DNA of 61,983 nt, the filler included, from Nemertoderma westbladi (taxonomy: Eukaryota; Animalia; Xenacoelomorpha): the NCBI GenBank assembly GCA_032718475.1. It is 4 parts of 4 records of this genome, joined end to end, with 100 filler letters (N's around TTAATTAATTAA, not from the genome) between each part and the next. Parts side by side here need not be neighbours in the genome. Positions count along the whole stretch, not along the records: positions 35,205 to 57,644 come from JAUCBJ010003738.1; 3 more parts are not named here. The stretch is one strand, 5' to 3'. The first letter of the stretch is position 1. Each line of letters begins with the position of its first letter. The translations under genes and the position numbers were made by a program. Of the stretch, positions 37,403 to 50,785 are shown in pieces. The notes below the pieces were generated by a model. The model saw only the letters and a program-made list of their open reading frames with translations. It ran no database searches and was not told the origin of the DNA.

Positions 37403-37722
37403 GTAGATGTGCTACGACTATTAGCGGCGTATCCGACGCCTGTTTAACGGGTTTGGTTACCTTGATGAGTTGTCGTGACGAGATTGTAGTTGCCGAATCC
37501 GTCGTAGTCATTAAGAAACTGCTACAACTCAAAGAGGAAGACCACCACTCCGTTATAGCGCACATGGCGAAGCTACTAGACTCTATCAAGGTGCCCATGG
37601 CCCGGGCCTCTATATGCTGGTTGCTCGGAGAATATTGCGATAAGGTTCCCAAGATCGCACCCGATGCACTTCGGAAAATGGCCAAAGGATTTACTGCAGA
37701 GGAAGATATTACTAAATTACAG
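37403..37722 (+). CDS. AP3B: AP-3 beta exon
   Basis: tactag|GT AGA TGT (GRCA...[14 protein letters not shown]...[12 protein letters not shown]...[10 protein letters not shown]...KLQ); donor CAG|GTTTGT; phases match. Confidence 0.93.
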
Positions 37723-37779
37723 GTTTGTATAAAAGTGAAGTAAAAACAATTGTACAGTAATCTTGTAGAGATAGTAGTA

Positions 37780-40700
37780 GACAGTAGAGATTGCATGGAA
37801 TTTGAAACAGAGATAGTTTCATCTCCCTCCTCCTTACTGGGTGAGCCAGAATTTTTATTTTCGCTATTATTCTTTAGCTACAAGCGTTTGAAAAAGGTGT
37901 CTCCGACGATATTGCAGCAGTCGTACTGCAGTTATTCTTTAATCTTATTTAGTGATTTGTTGGTTCCGATGGAACGATGACATTGCAAATTTGCTAGGAT
38001 TCGTGATATATACTAACATCTTAATTTTGTTACGAAATATCTGAGATTGTCGTTGGAATGTTGCATGGTTTAGCATCCACTCGAGGCCATTTTATTGCCA
38101 AATCTAGAACAATAAATAATCAGTATTAGAAAAACTATATTCTGGAATGTTATTCAACTAAAATAGCCTCATGTAACTTACGTGAGACTATAGATACTGC
38201 ATCAAGTGCAGCATTTGGAATACCAGGTTTTCATCTGGTGTCAAACCAACAAACCTCTATAAATGCTATACGACTGCGGTGTAACTGGTGAAAGAAATGT
38301 CGAAGGAGTAGACTAGACACCTTTTTCGAACGTTTGTTGCTAAAGATTTAAAAGCTAAAATATAAATTCTGACTCACCCGGGAGGAGGAGGGAGGTGAAT
38401 CTAACTGATCTGACTCACCCGGGAGGAGGAGGGAGGTGAATCTAACTGATCTGACTCACCCGGGAGGAGGAGGGAGGTGAATCTAACTGATCTGACTCAC
38501 CCGGGAGGAGGAGGGGGGTGAAACTAACTCACCCGGGAGGAGGAGGGGGGTGAATCTAACTGATATGACTCACCCGGGAGGAGGAGGGAGGTGAATCTAA
38601 CTGATCTGACTCACCCGGGAGGAGGAGGGGGGTGAATCTAACTGATATGACTCACCCGGGAGGAGGAGGGAGGTGAATCTAACTGATCTGACTCACCCGG
38701 GAGGAGGAGGGAGGTGAATCTAACTGATCTGACTCACCCGGGAGGAGGAGGGGGGTGAATCTAACTGATATGACTCACCCGGGAGGAGGAGGGAGGTGAA
38801 TCTAACTGATCTGACTCACCCGGGAGGAGGAGGGGGGTGAATCTAACTGATATGACTCACCCGGGAGGAGGAGGGAGGTGAATCTAACTGATCTGACTCA
38901 CCCGGGAGGAGGAGGGGGGTGAATCTAACTGATATGACTCACCCGGGAGGAGGAGGGAGGTGAATCTAACTGATCTGACTCACCCGGGAGGAGGAGGGAG
39001 GTGAATCTAACTGATCTGACTCAGCCGGGAGGAGGAGGGAGGTGAATCTAACTGATCTGACTCACCCGGGAGGAGGAGGGGGGTGAAACTAACTGATCTG
39101 ACTCACCCGGGAGGAGGAGGGGGGTGAATCTAACTGATCTGACTCACCCGGGAGGAGGAGGGAGGTGAATCTAACTGATCTGACTCACCCGGGAGGAGGA
39201 GGGGGGTGAAACTAACTCACCCGGGAGGAGGAGGGGGGTGAATCTAACTGTTATGACTCACCCGGGAGGAGGAGGGAGGTGAATCTAACTGATCTGACTC
39301 ACCCGGGAGGAGGAGGGGGGTGAAACTAACTGATCTGACTCACCCGGGAGGAGGAGGGGGGTGAATCTAACTGATCTGACTCACCCGGGAGGAGGAGGGA
39401 GGTGAATCTAACTGATCTGACTCACCCGGGAGGAGGAGGGAGGTGAATCTAACTGATCTGACTCACCCGGGAGGAGGAGGGAGGTGAATCTAACTGATCT
39501 GACTCACCCGGGAGGAGGAGGGGGGTGAAACTAACTCACCCGGGAGGAGGAGGGGGGTGAATCTAACTGATATGACTCACCCGGGAGGAGGAGGGAGGTG
39601 AATCTAACTGATCTGACTCACCCGGGAGGAGGAGGGGGGTGAATCTAACTGATATGACTCACCCGGGAGGAGGAGGGAGGTGAATCTAACTGATCTGACT
39701 CACCCGGGAGGAGGAGGGAGGTGAATCTAACTGATCTGACTCACCCGGGAGGAGGAGGGGGGTGAATCTAACTGATATGACTCACCCGGGAGGAGGAGGG
39801 AGGTGAATCTAACTGATCTGACTCACCCGGGAGGAGGAGGGGGGTGAATCTAACTGATATGACTCACCCGGGAGGAGGAGGGAGGTGAATCTAACTGATC
39901 TGACTCACCCGGGAGGAGGAGGGGGGTGAATCTAACTGATATGACTCACCCGGGAGGAGGAGGGAGGTGAATCTAACTGATCTGACTCACCCGGGAGGAG
40001 GAGGGAGGTGAATCTAACTGATCTGACTCAGCCGGGAGGAGGAGGGAGGTGAATCTAACTGATCTGACTCACCCGGGAGGAGGAGGGGGGTGAAACTAAC
40101 TGATCTGACTCACCCGGGAGGAGGAGGGGGGTGAATCTAACTGATCTGACTCACCCGGGAGGAGGAGGGAGGTGAATCTAACTGATCTGACTCACCCGGG
40201 AGGAGGAGGGGGGTGAAACTAACTCACCCGGGAGGAGGAGGGGGGTGAATCTAACTGTTATGACTCACCCGGGAGGAGGAGGGAGGTGAATCTAACTGAT
40301 CTGACTCACCCGGGAGGAGGAGGGGGGTGAAACTAACTGATCTGACTCACCCGGGAGGAGGAGGGGGGTGAATCTAACTGATCTGACTCACCCGGGAGGA
40401 GGAGGGAGGTGAATCTAACTGATCTGACTCACCCGGGGGGAGGGGGGGGGGTGAAACTAACTCACCCGGGAGGAGGAGGGGGGTGAATCTAACTGATATG
40501 ACTCACCCGGGAGGAGGAGGGGGGTGAAACAAACTCACCCGGGAGGAGGAGGGGGGTGAATCTAACTGATATGACTCACCCGGGAGGAGGAGGGGTGTGA
40601 ATCTAACTGATATGACTCACCCGGGAGGAGGAGGGAGGTGAATCTAACTGATCTGACTCACCCGGGGGGAGGAGGGGGGTGAAACTAACTCACCCGGGAG

Positions 40701-41085
40701 GAGGAGGGGGGTGAATCTAACTGATATGACTCACCCGGGAGGAGGAGGGGGGTGAAACTAACTGATCTGACTCACCCGGGAGGAGGATGGGGGTGAAACT
40801 AACTCACCCGGAAGGAGGAGGGGGGTGAATCTAACTGATATGACTCACCCGGGAGGAGGAGGGGGGTGAAACTAACCCTCTGACTCACCCGGGAGGAGGA
40901 GGGAGGTGAAACTAACTGATCTGACTCACCCGGGAGGAGGATGGGGGTGAAACTAACTCACCCGGGAGGAGGAGGGGGGTGAATCTAACTGATCTGACTC
41001 ACCCGGGAGGAGGAGGGGGGTGAAACTAACTCACCCGGGAGGAGGAGGGGGGTGAAACTAACCCTGTTTATAATTTTATGCGATT
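37780..41085. mobile_element. Palindromic MITE-family copy whose right arm contains the 41-bp satellite
   Basis: The left arm 37786-37965 is the inverse of the right arm 38235-38400 plus 41050-41085. The same arms recur at 51300-51960, 54010-54185 and 54685-54733. Confidence 0.7.
38369..41063. repeat. 41-bp satellite (with 32-bp deletion variants), about 67 monomers
   Basis: Unit CTGACTCACCCGGGAGGAGGAGGG(A/G)GGTGAATCTAACTGAT; period 38371 to 38412. Confidence 0.97.
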
Positions 41086-41516
41086 ATACAAGTTGTCTAG
41101 GTTTACGTTAAAGTGTTATATCATTTAACTAGCTTTATGTAAATATGCCATTACCCCCAATGAAAGAATTTTCGAAAATTTACAAAATTTTTAAAAAAAT
41201 AATTTTATTTATTTTTTTGTAGTTTCATGCTTTCCTGTTGGGACATCGGTTTTCACCATTGAATGATATTTTCACTACAAATACAGAACAACAGTATTTA
41301 TTGCTGATATTCATGACTCTAATATAAAAAAACATTTTTCTCAGTTTGTCGATTATGAAATTTTTTATCACTAAATTATCTTCTACTTTTTTATTTTTTA
41401 CTCAATTTTCCTCAAATATTTACCAAAATGTTGAACAGCTTTAGCGTTATGTAAGTATTGGTTTTGTAAAATGTGGCAATTTGGATCTTCTAGATCCGAT
41501 ATTGTAAGAACTGCAG

Positions 41517-41779
41517 GGCCGAGTAACTCAAAAAATCTTGAGATTCATTGACCTTGAAATCCACTTCAAGATCACATTGAAACTCAAGTTTTACCTTAAC
41601 TAAGATTTTCTTGAGTTTCAGTCAAGAGGGTAACTCAAAGCAATACTTAGTCATGGTGAATCTTGAAATTTCAATTTTACCTTGAGGAAAATCTCAAGTT
41701 GAGTTCAGATTGGAATACCAGTAAAATAGATTCATTGTTAGTTTAAAGGTCAATCTCAAGATTTTTTAGGTAATCGGCC
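41517..41779. mobile_element. MITE with a CAG target duplication (PIF/Harbinger-related)
   Basis: GGCCGAGTAACTCAAAAAATCTTGAGATT.../...AATCTCAAGATTTTTTAGGTAATCGGCC, with CAG at 41514-16 and 41780-82. Confidence 0.7.
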
Positions 41780-42394
41780 CAGCTCTTTGTCTATCTCAAA
41801 ATATATCAATTATTTGTCTATAACAAAATATACGCAAAATATAGTCGGAATCCGAACATACTAAAAACCTCATGTTCTACCTCTATGTTTAATGTGCCAA
41901 ACTCTTGGACCGCGAACGTCAACCCAGATTGTCTTACTGCTTCTTCCACATCCGGGGGGGGGGGGGGGGGGGGTTTATTCGGGGTAGCGTTTAACTTCCA
42001 AATTGTGAGGTATGTGTGGGGGGCAGTTATGTATATTTATGTTCCAGATTTTCAGCATTTTGAATCTAATTACCCTAATAAAGAATGTTGTTAATTTCAA
42101 GAAAACAAGTTAAACAAATGAAATAATTCAAATAAAACCAGGATTATCTTTATTACAATGCAGCCTATTACCGCGGTACAACACCCGACTACATTTTACC
42201 TTCAGTCTTAACAATCAGTTAACTCTTAATGTTAACCTCCCACATTGTAATATTATTAGACGCCGGGGCGGTTATTCGGGAAAGGCGTTTAAGTTGCTAA
42301 TTTGATGGTAAGGGGGGCGTTAATTTGAGGGGGCGTTTATTCGGGGGGGGGGGGGGGGGGGGTCTTATTCGAGTAAATACGGTAATTTCGTGGG

Positions 42395-45093
42395 GGGTCA
42401 GAGTAAAACGCGGATCCGGATCAGGATCCGGATTCTATCATTTAACATTGTCCCTATGGAAGTCGACTGAATTTACACTTTTAGGGTGTAATCTGCGGAT
42501 CCGTGCACTGCTAAATTTACCGAATCCGTAACCGAGTGTAAAATGCGGATTGGCCTTTTTTTTCAGATCCGGAACGGAGTGTAAAGCGCGGATTCATGTT
42601 TTAGGCTAAATCCTGAACGGAGTGGAGTGTAAAACGCGGATTCATTTTTCTACTGAATCCGGGATTGGGTGTAAAATACGGATTCAGGTTTATTACAAAG
42701 TTTTATTAAATCCGGGAAGGGGTGTAAAATGCGGATTCAAATTAATTACCATGTTTTATTGGATCCGGAATGGAGTGTAAAACACGGATTTACGTTAATT
42801 ACCAAGTTTTGTTGGATCCGGAATGGAGTGTAAAACACGGATTTACGTTAATTACCAAGTTTTATTGGATCCGGAATGGAGTGTAAAACACGGATTTATG
42901 TTAATTACCAAGTTTTATTGGATCCGGAATGGAGTGTAAAACACGGATTTACGTTAATTACCAAGTTTTATTGGATCCGGAATGGAGTGTAAAACACGGA
43001 TTTTCGTTAATTACTAAGTTTTATTGGATCCGGAATGGAGTGTAAAACACGGATTTACGTTAATTACCAAGTTGTATTGGATCCGGAACGGAGTGTAAAA
43101 CGCGGATTCAAGTTAATTAGTAAGTTTTAATGAACAATTTGTAAAACGCATATGCAATAAAGACCCAGACCCTCATCTAGTTACAATTATTAATTAGTGC
43201 AATGTTTATTGTTCTTTAGTAACTTTTCTTGGCTTGCTGACTTTCCTGGTTTTTTTCTTCTCCGGACTCGGGGTGCACGATGTTTGCGTAGTAAGTTCAA
43301 GCGGCTCAACAATGGCTGTATCATTGGTTGGACTCGGAATAACGAATCCCGTAAATGGAACCTTTACAAAGTCATCACTGTCATCCATGTTTAATAAGAA
43401 ATTAAATAAGAAATTATACTGAACAGTTCAGCCTCCATAAATTAGGAAGGCAGCACGCTTGCAAGGCCTTAAAGAGAGTAGTACGCTATGATGCAGTACA
43501 AACTACTGCCAGCTAGGCAGAACATTGATTCTTGTTTGTAAGGGAGGTTGGGATGGATAAGCCAATCAGGGAACAGGACAGTAATCCTACCATACAATTG
43601 TCTACAGAGCCGCTCTACCAGAGAGGTCACGTTCCCACGGTAGTAGTGTTTCAGCTAATCAATATCTAATAATGTCTGACGGCCAAACATCACCATCGCC
43701 CTTATTAATAATTCATTGGGAAGCATTGACCCCTATTAACCCTATCCATACCGGGGGGGGGGGGGGGGGGACTTTTGGAGACGCACTTTATTTGATTGCT
43801 TGGTTCAAAGCCAAACCACATTTATTGCAAGTGAAATTCCGTTACTTTTCCTAAAATGTATTATTCTTTATCTTAAAACAAAAATTAATTGGTACTTTTG
43901 CACTTTAGGTCCCCACCCCTAGATTTTTTTTGTGTGTGTTTTTTATGCAAATTACACTACTACAAGGTTAGTGTGACTATCTAGGAACATTTTTGAACAT
44001 TTTTGAACATTTTTTTTTTAGAAATTATAAAAAATGTGAAAGTCAATGATATTTCAGGAAATTATTAAAAATGTGAAAGTCAATGATATTTCAGGTTAAA
44101 CTGTTGAAGAATATATTAATGACCAAAATAATTTCCAAAAATTACTAGCTAGTAAAAAATACTAGCATTATACCATAAAAAATGTAGGTACATATGTATT
44201 TATGTGTAAATACATAAAAATGTTCTCAGATAATGCTATTCATATTCTAGAACATAATAATATTATGTTTCCTTGATATAAAAAAATCTGGGTGGTGGGG
44301 ACCTAAAGTGGCCCCTAGACATAGACAAATTATTAAGGTGTCTATTAACTATTAAGGTGTCCCCCATTAATGTTTATGTCCCTCATTAATGTGTGTCCCT
44401 CATTAATAGTTGTGTCCCTCATTAACAAACTCAGTAATTAACGTAAATCCGCATTTTACACCCCTTCCCGGATCCAGTAACACTTTGTAATTAACCTGAA
44501 TCAATCTGCGTTTTACACCCCTTCCCGGATCTAGTAACACTTGGTAAATAAATTGAATCCGCGTTTTACACCCCTTCCCGGATCCATTAAAACTTGGTAA
44601 TTAACGAAAATCCGTGTTTTACACTCCATTCCGGATCCAACAAAAGTTGGTAATTAACGAAAATCCGTGTTTTACACTCCATTCCGGATCCAACAAAACT
44701 TGGTATTTAACGAAAATCCATGTTTTACACTCCATTCCGGATCCAACAAAACTTGGTAATTAACGAAAATCCGTGTTTTACACTCCTTTCCGGATCCAAC
44801 AAAACTTGGTAATTAACGAAAATCCGTGTTTTACACTCTATTCCGGATCCAATAAAACTTGGTAATTAACGTAAATCCGTGTTTTACACTCCATTCCGGA
44901 TCCAATAAAACTTGGTAATTAACGAAAATCCGTATTTTACACTCCATACGGATTGCGTATTTCAGAATCCGCATATTACACTCAGTTACGGATTGTATGT
45001 AAATCCGGATCCGCCTTTTACACTCGCAAATCCGGGTCCTGATCCGTATCCGGATCCTGAATCCGGATCCGGATCCGCGTTTTACACCTACCC
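42395..45093. mobile_element. Foldback (MULE-like) DNA transposon with modular 53-bp-repeat arms
   Basis: Ends GGGTCAGAGTAAAACGCGGATCC / GGATCCGCGTTTTACACCTACCC. 53-bp tandem units are direct at 42650-43130 and inverted at 44435-44945. Flanks are ATTTCGTGGG and ATTTGTGGG (about 9-bp TSD). Confidence 0.8.
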
Positions 45094-45236
45094 ATTTGTG
45101 GGTACTTACAGCCGAATAAACATTTTTTTCTACTTTATTTTACAACTTTACTATGACTGTCAAGTCCATCAATATTGCACAGGTTGATTTTATAAATGTG
45201 ATTTATAATCAATAATTATGAATCTACTTACTGCAG

Positions 45237-45654
45237 GTGGTGAACCTAGCGGCCAAACTCTTCCTAACCAACTCTAAACAGACTAAACTTCTGTGCCAGT
45301 ACGTCCTAAACCTAGCGAAGTACGACGAATCCTACGATATTCGAGACCGATCGCGTTTCATCCGCGCGCTCATCCTCCCGCCCAACGGGGAATCCAACAT
45401 TCTAACCCGCCACGCTAAGAAGTTCTTCCTCTCGGCTAAGCCGGCGCCGGTCTCCGAGATCAAGTACAAGGAACGCGACGGCCTCCAGCTGGGCTCCCTC
45501 AGCCACTACCTGAACCAACGAGCCGTCGGCTATCGGAACCTCCCGGAGTTTCCGATGGATCAACCGGATCCGAGCGTTCGGAATACCGCGGAACCGGTCC
45601 CCGTAGCCACCGAGGCCGTCGCAACGCGAGTTAAACCTGCGGCTAAGAAGAAAG
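45237..45654 (+). CDS. AP3B: AP-3 beta exon
   Basis: ctgcag|GTG GTG AAC ([43 protein letters not shown]...LGSLSHYLN...PDPSVRN); donor G|GTATG. Confidence 0.94.
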
Positions 45655-47439
45655 GTATGGCAGTCGTTTACCGAACCACTAAAAATAATAATTTTCACTT
45701 AATTTTAACAGTCGAATATTACAAAAATATTCGGTTTCCACTAAATGTATTAATTATCACAAATAAGGGAAAGGATCAGGTTGCAGTTTTATTTTTGGTA
45801 ATAAAAAACTGCATTTTAGTGTTATTTAATATATTTTAGTGCAGGAATATCTATTTTATAGTGACAACTGTGAAAAAACCATTTAATTTATCGGAAATAG
45901 CAAATTTACTAATATATCAGAGTCCTCTGTGTGAGTAAAATTATTATAAAATAATTTATTATAAAAAAGTTTTATTATAAAATTGTAATTTAATTTATAT
46001 TTTAACATGGGAAGCGGTTGGCCGTAAATTATTTGCTATTGGATATTCTAGATATTCTTTACAATTACAATTTAATTGTTTTAGCATAATATATTAATAT
46101 ATTTGAAATCTATAATGTTTTATCATTATTTATTTGTGATAGGGTCACAATTAGGTCCGGGTCGCAATTGTCCTATTTCATCCATAACCTGAAAACTTTA
46201 CGAAAATTGTATTACAATTTTAAATCCCATGAATTATAAGATTTTCTGGGATCCCGGAAATTGGGATTCTCAGAGTAGCAATCCCGGCCTAGATCACAGA
46301 AATTCCGATAAATTTCCGCTTTTAGTTTTATATTAAATTTTAAATTTAATTTAATTTAATTTTCAATCGCTATCATCTATACAGTCAATCTATTTACATT
46401 TTTAGTATTTTTGTATGAAATTTTATACCAAAAAAGTAAAATAAAATATTTTTGATTGCATTTCTTAAGTTTTATTACATAGTGTTGAAATAGCAAAGAA
46501 GTAGAAAAGCTTTGCACGTAATTTGAACAGAATCCATTCACACACTCAAAAGTTATTGCAACTTTAGTGTTTGCAAGGCGAACTCCAAAACGGAACTCAT
46601 ATCCAGACCACTTTAATATGTAGAATCCAGTAAGCAACCGAGGGTGGACTCTCTATAGCCGAGGGGCACTTGTATAATAACTAATAATCACGAACCCCAT
46701 CCTCTTATAATATATAACTCTGTAGTAGTCAGTAGCAGTAGTAGTAATAATAGTAGTAGTAGTAGTATAAGTAGTAAGTAATAGTAAAGGAGATCGGTTT
46801 AAACCAAAGTGATAAAGTAACATTATTATATAACATAATCATATAGACAAAGTAAAATGAGATACAGATTCATAATTATTTCATCAAACTCATGTACTAC
46901 TTACTTCAATGTGCCAATTGTAATAATAATTAAACATATTATTCCGATTAATCTGCGTTTGGCCCTATAAGATATTATGCTGAAGTGTTTTATATCAATA
47001 TATCCATGCGAGTAAACAAGAAGTGAAGTAAATGTTTATTATTATAGTTTTAGAAATTGAATGATATACCCAAGATAGTGAAATAAATAATTTACCACAA
47101 ATTGCCATTTGATCAGATATATCAAAGCGGCGTCTTTAGTATAATACCGTAATAGTATCAATTAACTCTGTTATACAATGTAAATATACTAAATCTATTT
47201 ATAAATATATTATGAGCCCTACATTGTATATTTCTCCTACAGGTAGACAATGTAGATGTTAAAACTTGATATAATTTGGTATAATGTATAACATATTACA
47301 AATAAGACTGAGGCAGCTAAACTATATTGCAAAGAAATCAAATATCCTAAAGTAATATACTAGACCCTCCCTCCACCCTATAAATAGTGTTCACCACCTA
47401 CCCCACCCACCGCCCTTATTACTTCATAATAATGAAAGA

Positions 47440-49420
47440 TAGTACTGGCGCTCCGGTCACTCCATTCCCTCTGCTGGGGGGGTTAAGTTGTAGGTTTTGA
47501 CACTATGCAAAATCCGAGCACAGAGTTAGAAGCGCATTGGATAGGTGAACATTTCTTGCAGTGAAAGTATTTCCATACCTATTATAGTTTTTGAGATAGT
47601 CAGACATGAGTAGCTAAAATTTGAATTTTTTTCGGTAAAGTATGATTTCACCGGTACCTGTCATCCGAAATATGGATTGTGATATATCGTTAAATGCGGG
47701 TTCACTAACTGTACATTCACATATTTTCAAGGAAAAAATTCGATCAAGCGTTTTCGAAATATTTTCGAATTACCGGAAGCAGACTTTGGACGACCATATC
47801 TCCGGTACCGGTAGGCCTATTGAGTCGAAATTTTTTTTAATCTACTTAAAACACTCCAGTGAATGTTTTTTAGTTTGAAAGTTTTGCCCCAAAATGCTCA
47901 GAAGTAATTTCGAAAAAAATGATCATTTCGCGATCATGATCTTTTGACCCCCTAGAATTGAACTTTTTTAGGGTCAAATTTTGGGTACCCCCCCTAATTC
48001 GAGGGTGAGGAACCTTTTTGTAATGTTAAGTTTTTTCATACGGTGAACTCACAGGACTTGGTCTTCGAAATAAAACCGAAAACATGATCTTTCCTGATCA
48101 TGGCCTGATCAAATCGCTTTTTGAAAATTTCGAAATGCTCAAAAGTTGCCCCTTCTTAATAGAAGTCGATTAGTAAAAAAAAAATCGGGGGTCTCAAACA
48201 AAGTTTTCGAGAAAATCGGGAAAAACCGAAAAACATGATCTTTTATGATCAGGAAGCTGATCTCGAGAACCGGTTGACCGATCGGGCCAATTTTTTTTTA
48301 ATCAACTCAGAATAGACCATTGAACATTTCTTACAATGAATGTTTATTAGAAAAATGCTTAGATTCGATTTTAAATATACTGATCTTTTCGCGATCATGA
48401 TCTTGAGTTTTGACCCACTAGACTTGAACTTTTTTATGCCCACATTTTGGCTACCCCCCATAATTCGAGGGTGAGGAATCTTTTTGTGATGTAAAGTTTT
48501 TCCATACGGTGAACTCCCAGGACTTGGTCTTCGAAATAAAACCAAAAACACGATCTTTTCTGATCGCGGCCTGATCAAATCGCTTTTTGAAAATTTCGAA
48601 ATGCTCAAAAGTTGCCCCTTCATCATAGAAGTCGATTCGTAAAAAAAAATTCGGGGGTCTCAAACAAAGTTTTCGAGAAAATTGGAAAAAACCGAAAAAT
48701 ATGATCTTTAATGATCAGGTATCAGATCTCGAGAACCGGTTGTCCGATCGGGCCAATTTTTTTTTAATCGACTCAGGGCGGTGTTCTGAACGTTTCCTAC
48801 AGTAATTGTTTATATCCAAAATGCTTAGTTACGATTTTACGAAGTCCGATCTTTGCGCGATCATGATCTTGCGTTTTGACCAGGAAGAATTCACTTTTTT
48901 TTAATCTTTTAACGGGAATCATGACTAATGTGGGGTCGCTGATTCTTTTTGTAATGTTAAGTTTTGCGATTAGAGCAAGCCTTGAGTGTCCGATTGCTGA
49001 TCAAAACTGATCTTTGCTGATCATGGTCAAGATCATGATCTGATCGCTCCAAAAAAAGTTACCTGAATGTAAACCCATATGCTGCCTATCGATTGGCGCC
49101 GGTCCCAAGTCCGTAGCATTAGCGGTTCTGGAGATATGCGCATAGCAACGCGGTTGCTAGGGAAGCGGACTTTTTGACTCAAATTGGTCCTAGACGGAGA
49201 ACCGTAGACTTTTTTAACACATTATGTATGTATGGCGAAAAGTCTTCTGGATAAATTTTAGGGGGGGGTCTAGGAACATCCTATTGTTCGTTTTCGCTTA
49301 GTTGCTGAGATCCTCTCGTCCCACAAATTCCAGGATTCTATAAAGGCATTCTGCTGGACTAGTTCCGTGGCCGGAAAAGTTGTCGGTGTTCTGCGAACAG
49401 AGAACCTAATCGGTTTGTGC
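47440..49420. mobile_element. Unclassified repeat element with internal approx. 460-bp tandem repeats
   Basis: CGCGATCATGATCTT blocks start at about 47928, 48389 and 48855; the first two units are highly similar. Confidence 0.6.
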
Positions 49421-50083
49421 CCTGACCGTCTAGAAAATAAACAAATTTATTTTTAAATGTCAAGTTCAGCTACACCGTGAATGTCATTTTTAGCGTAAAT
49501 GTTTAGTGAAAGCGCGAGTAGTCACGAAAAAAACCTCATTTTACATTACCCTTATTTTTTAGTACTCGAAAATCTTATAGGAAAGCACAACACATTGCTA
49601 AGAAATTAGCAATGGGGATTTTCCGGGTCGCTGATTTTATTTCCGGTATCAGTTTTCACATTTTATGGCTCCAAACTGTGTGTTTGACTGTACGGCTGGC
49701 GGTTATATTTTGCTATACAGACCAACAAAATACGACGCCGTCAAAATGTGAAAGCTGATATCGGAAATTTAATCACCGTTCAAGAAAGTTTTACCAGATT
49801 GTGTGCTTGATAATGTTTGACGGACAGACATACAAATAGATGGACAGCAATCCATATTAAGTAACGATTTTGTTCTGTTTTCAGATTTGGAATCCTCTCA
49901 AAATTCTTATTTAGATGAAAAGACAAAAGAAAAATGTTAAAATTCAATATGAAACCAGTACCACCCATTTAAAACTTTAAGGATAATAATAATTTTTTTT
50001 CCTACTGTATAATTTACAGTATATACAATTATTGTTGAGTAACTTAGCAATTATTGTTGTTGTATTATTTTGTCTATTAACAG

Positions 50084-50702
50084 GTTTCTACAGCAGTTCA
50101 AGTTCAGAATATAGCAGTGAAGATGGAGAAGGGAGTGAGGAGGAAGGGAGTGAGGATGAAGGGAGTGGGAGCGAGGGAGAGGGGAGTAGGACGACGAGTG
50201 AAGGAGATGAGGGAACCGAGGATGAAGAGGATGCCTCGGACACTTCGAGCTCCGGAGTTTCACCGATAGTTAAACGCTCTGCGGACGTCCGGTCGGACGT
50301 CCGGTCCCCGTTGCGTCGTCGGGAGCTCTCTGAATCCGGGTCGGAATACTCCGACTCGGAAGATTCGGAATCGGAAAGCGAAAAATCCGAGACGATTGTG
50401 CGGAAGAGAACCCCGACTCCGACTGGAAAGAAACCCGGAGGGAAGAAGCCGACGTCGCCCCCTAGTGGGGGTGGTGACGTCATGGATTTACTCGATTTGG
50501 GTTCGGATCCGGTGACGCCATCGCTTCCTGTTATGATGACGTCATCGGACGCCCTGCTCACGCCGAGTCTCGTCTCCGAGTTGGAGGGAATCGATCTCAA
50601 AGCGGAGACGCGTGGTGCGCCCCCAGCGGCAGTTAGAGGAACAGGGAAGTCGTACGACTTGCTTAGTCGGATTGGGACAGGAGGTCTTAGCGTTGTCTAC
50701 AG
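50084..50702 (+). CDS. AP3B: AP-3 beta exon (acidic Ser/Glu-rich hinge, LLDL clathrin-box-like motif)
   Basis: aacag|GT TTC TAC (GFYSSSSSE...DLLDLG...KSYDLLSRIGTGGLSVVYR); donor AG|GTTAGA; phases match. Confidence 0.9.
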
Positions 50703-50785
50703 GTTAGATATTTATTGTCGGTAATACAGTTTAGAGTTCTAGTATATTAATAACTTTAATCTTATTTTTTATAACTTTATCATTA

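Noticed and set aside
38369-41063. Long regular arrays (also 56195-57400 and 42650-44945) as CRISPR arrays
   Set aside because: They are head-to-tail units with no unique spacers, no cas genes, and an intronic eukaryotic context.
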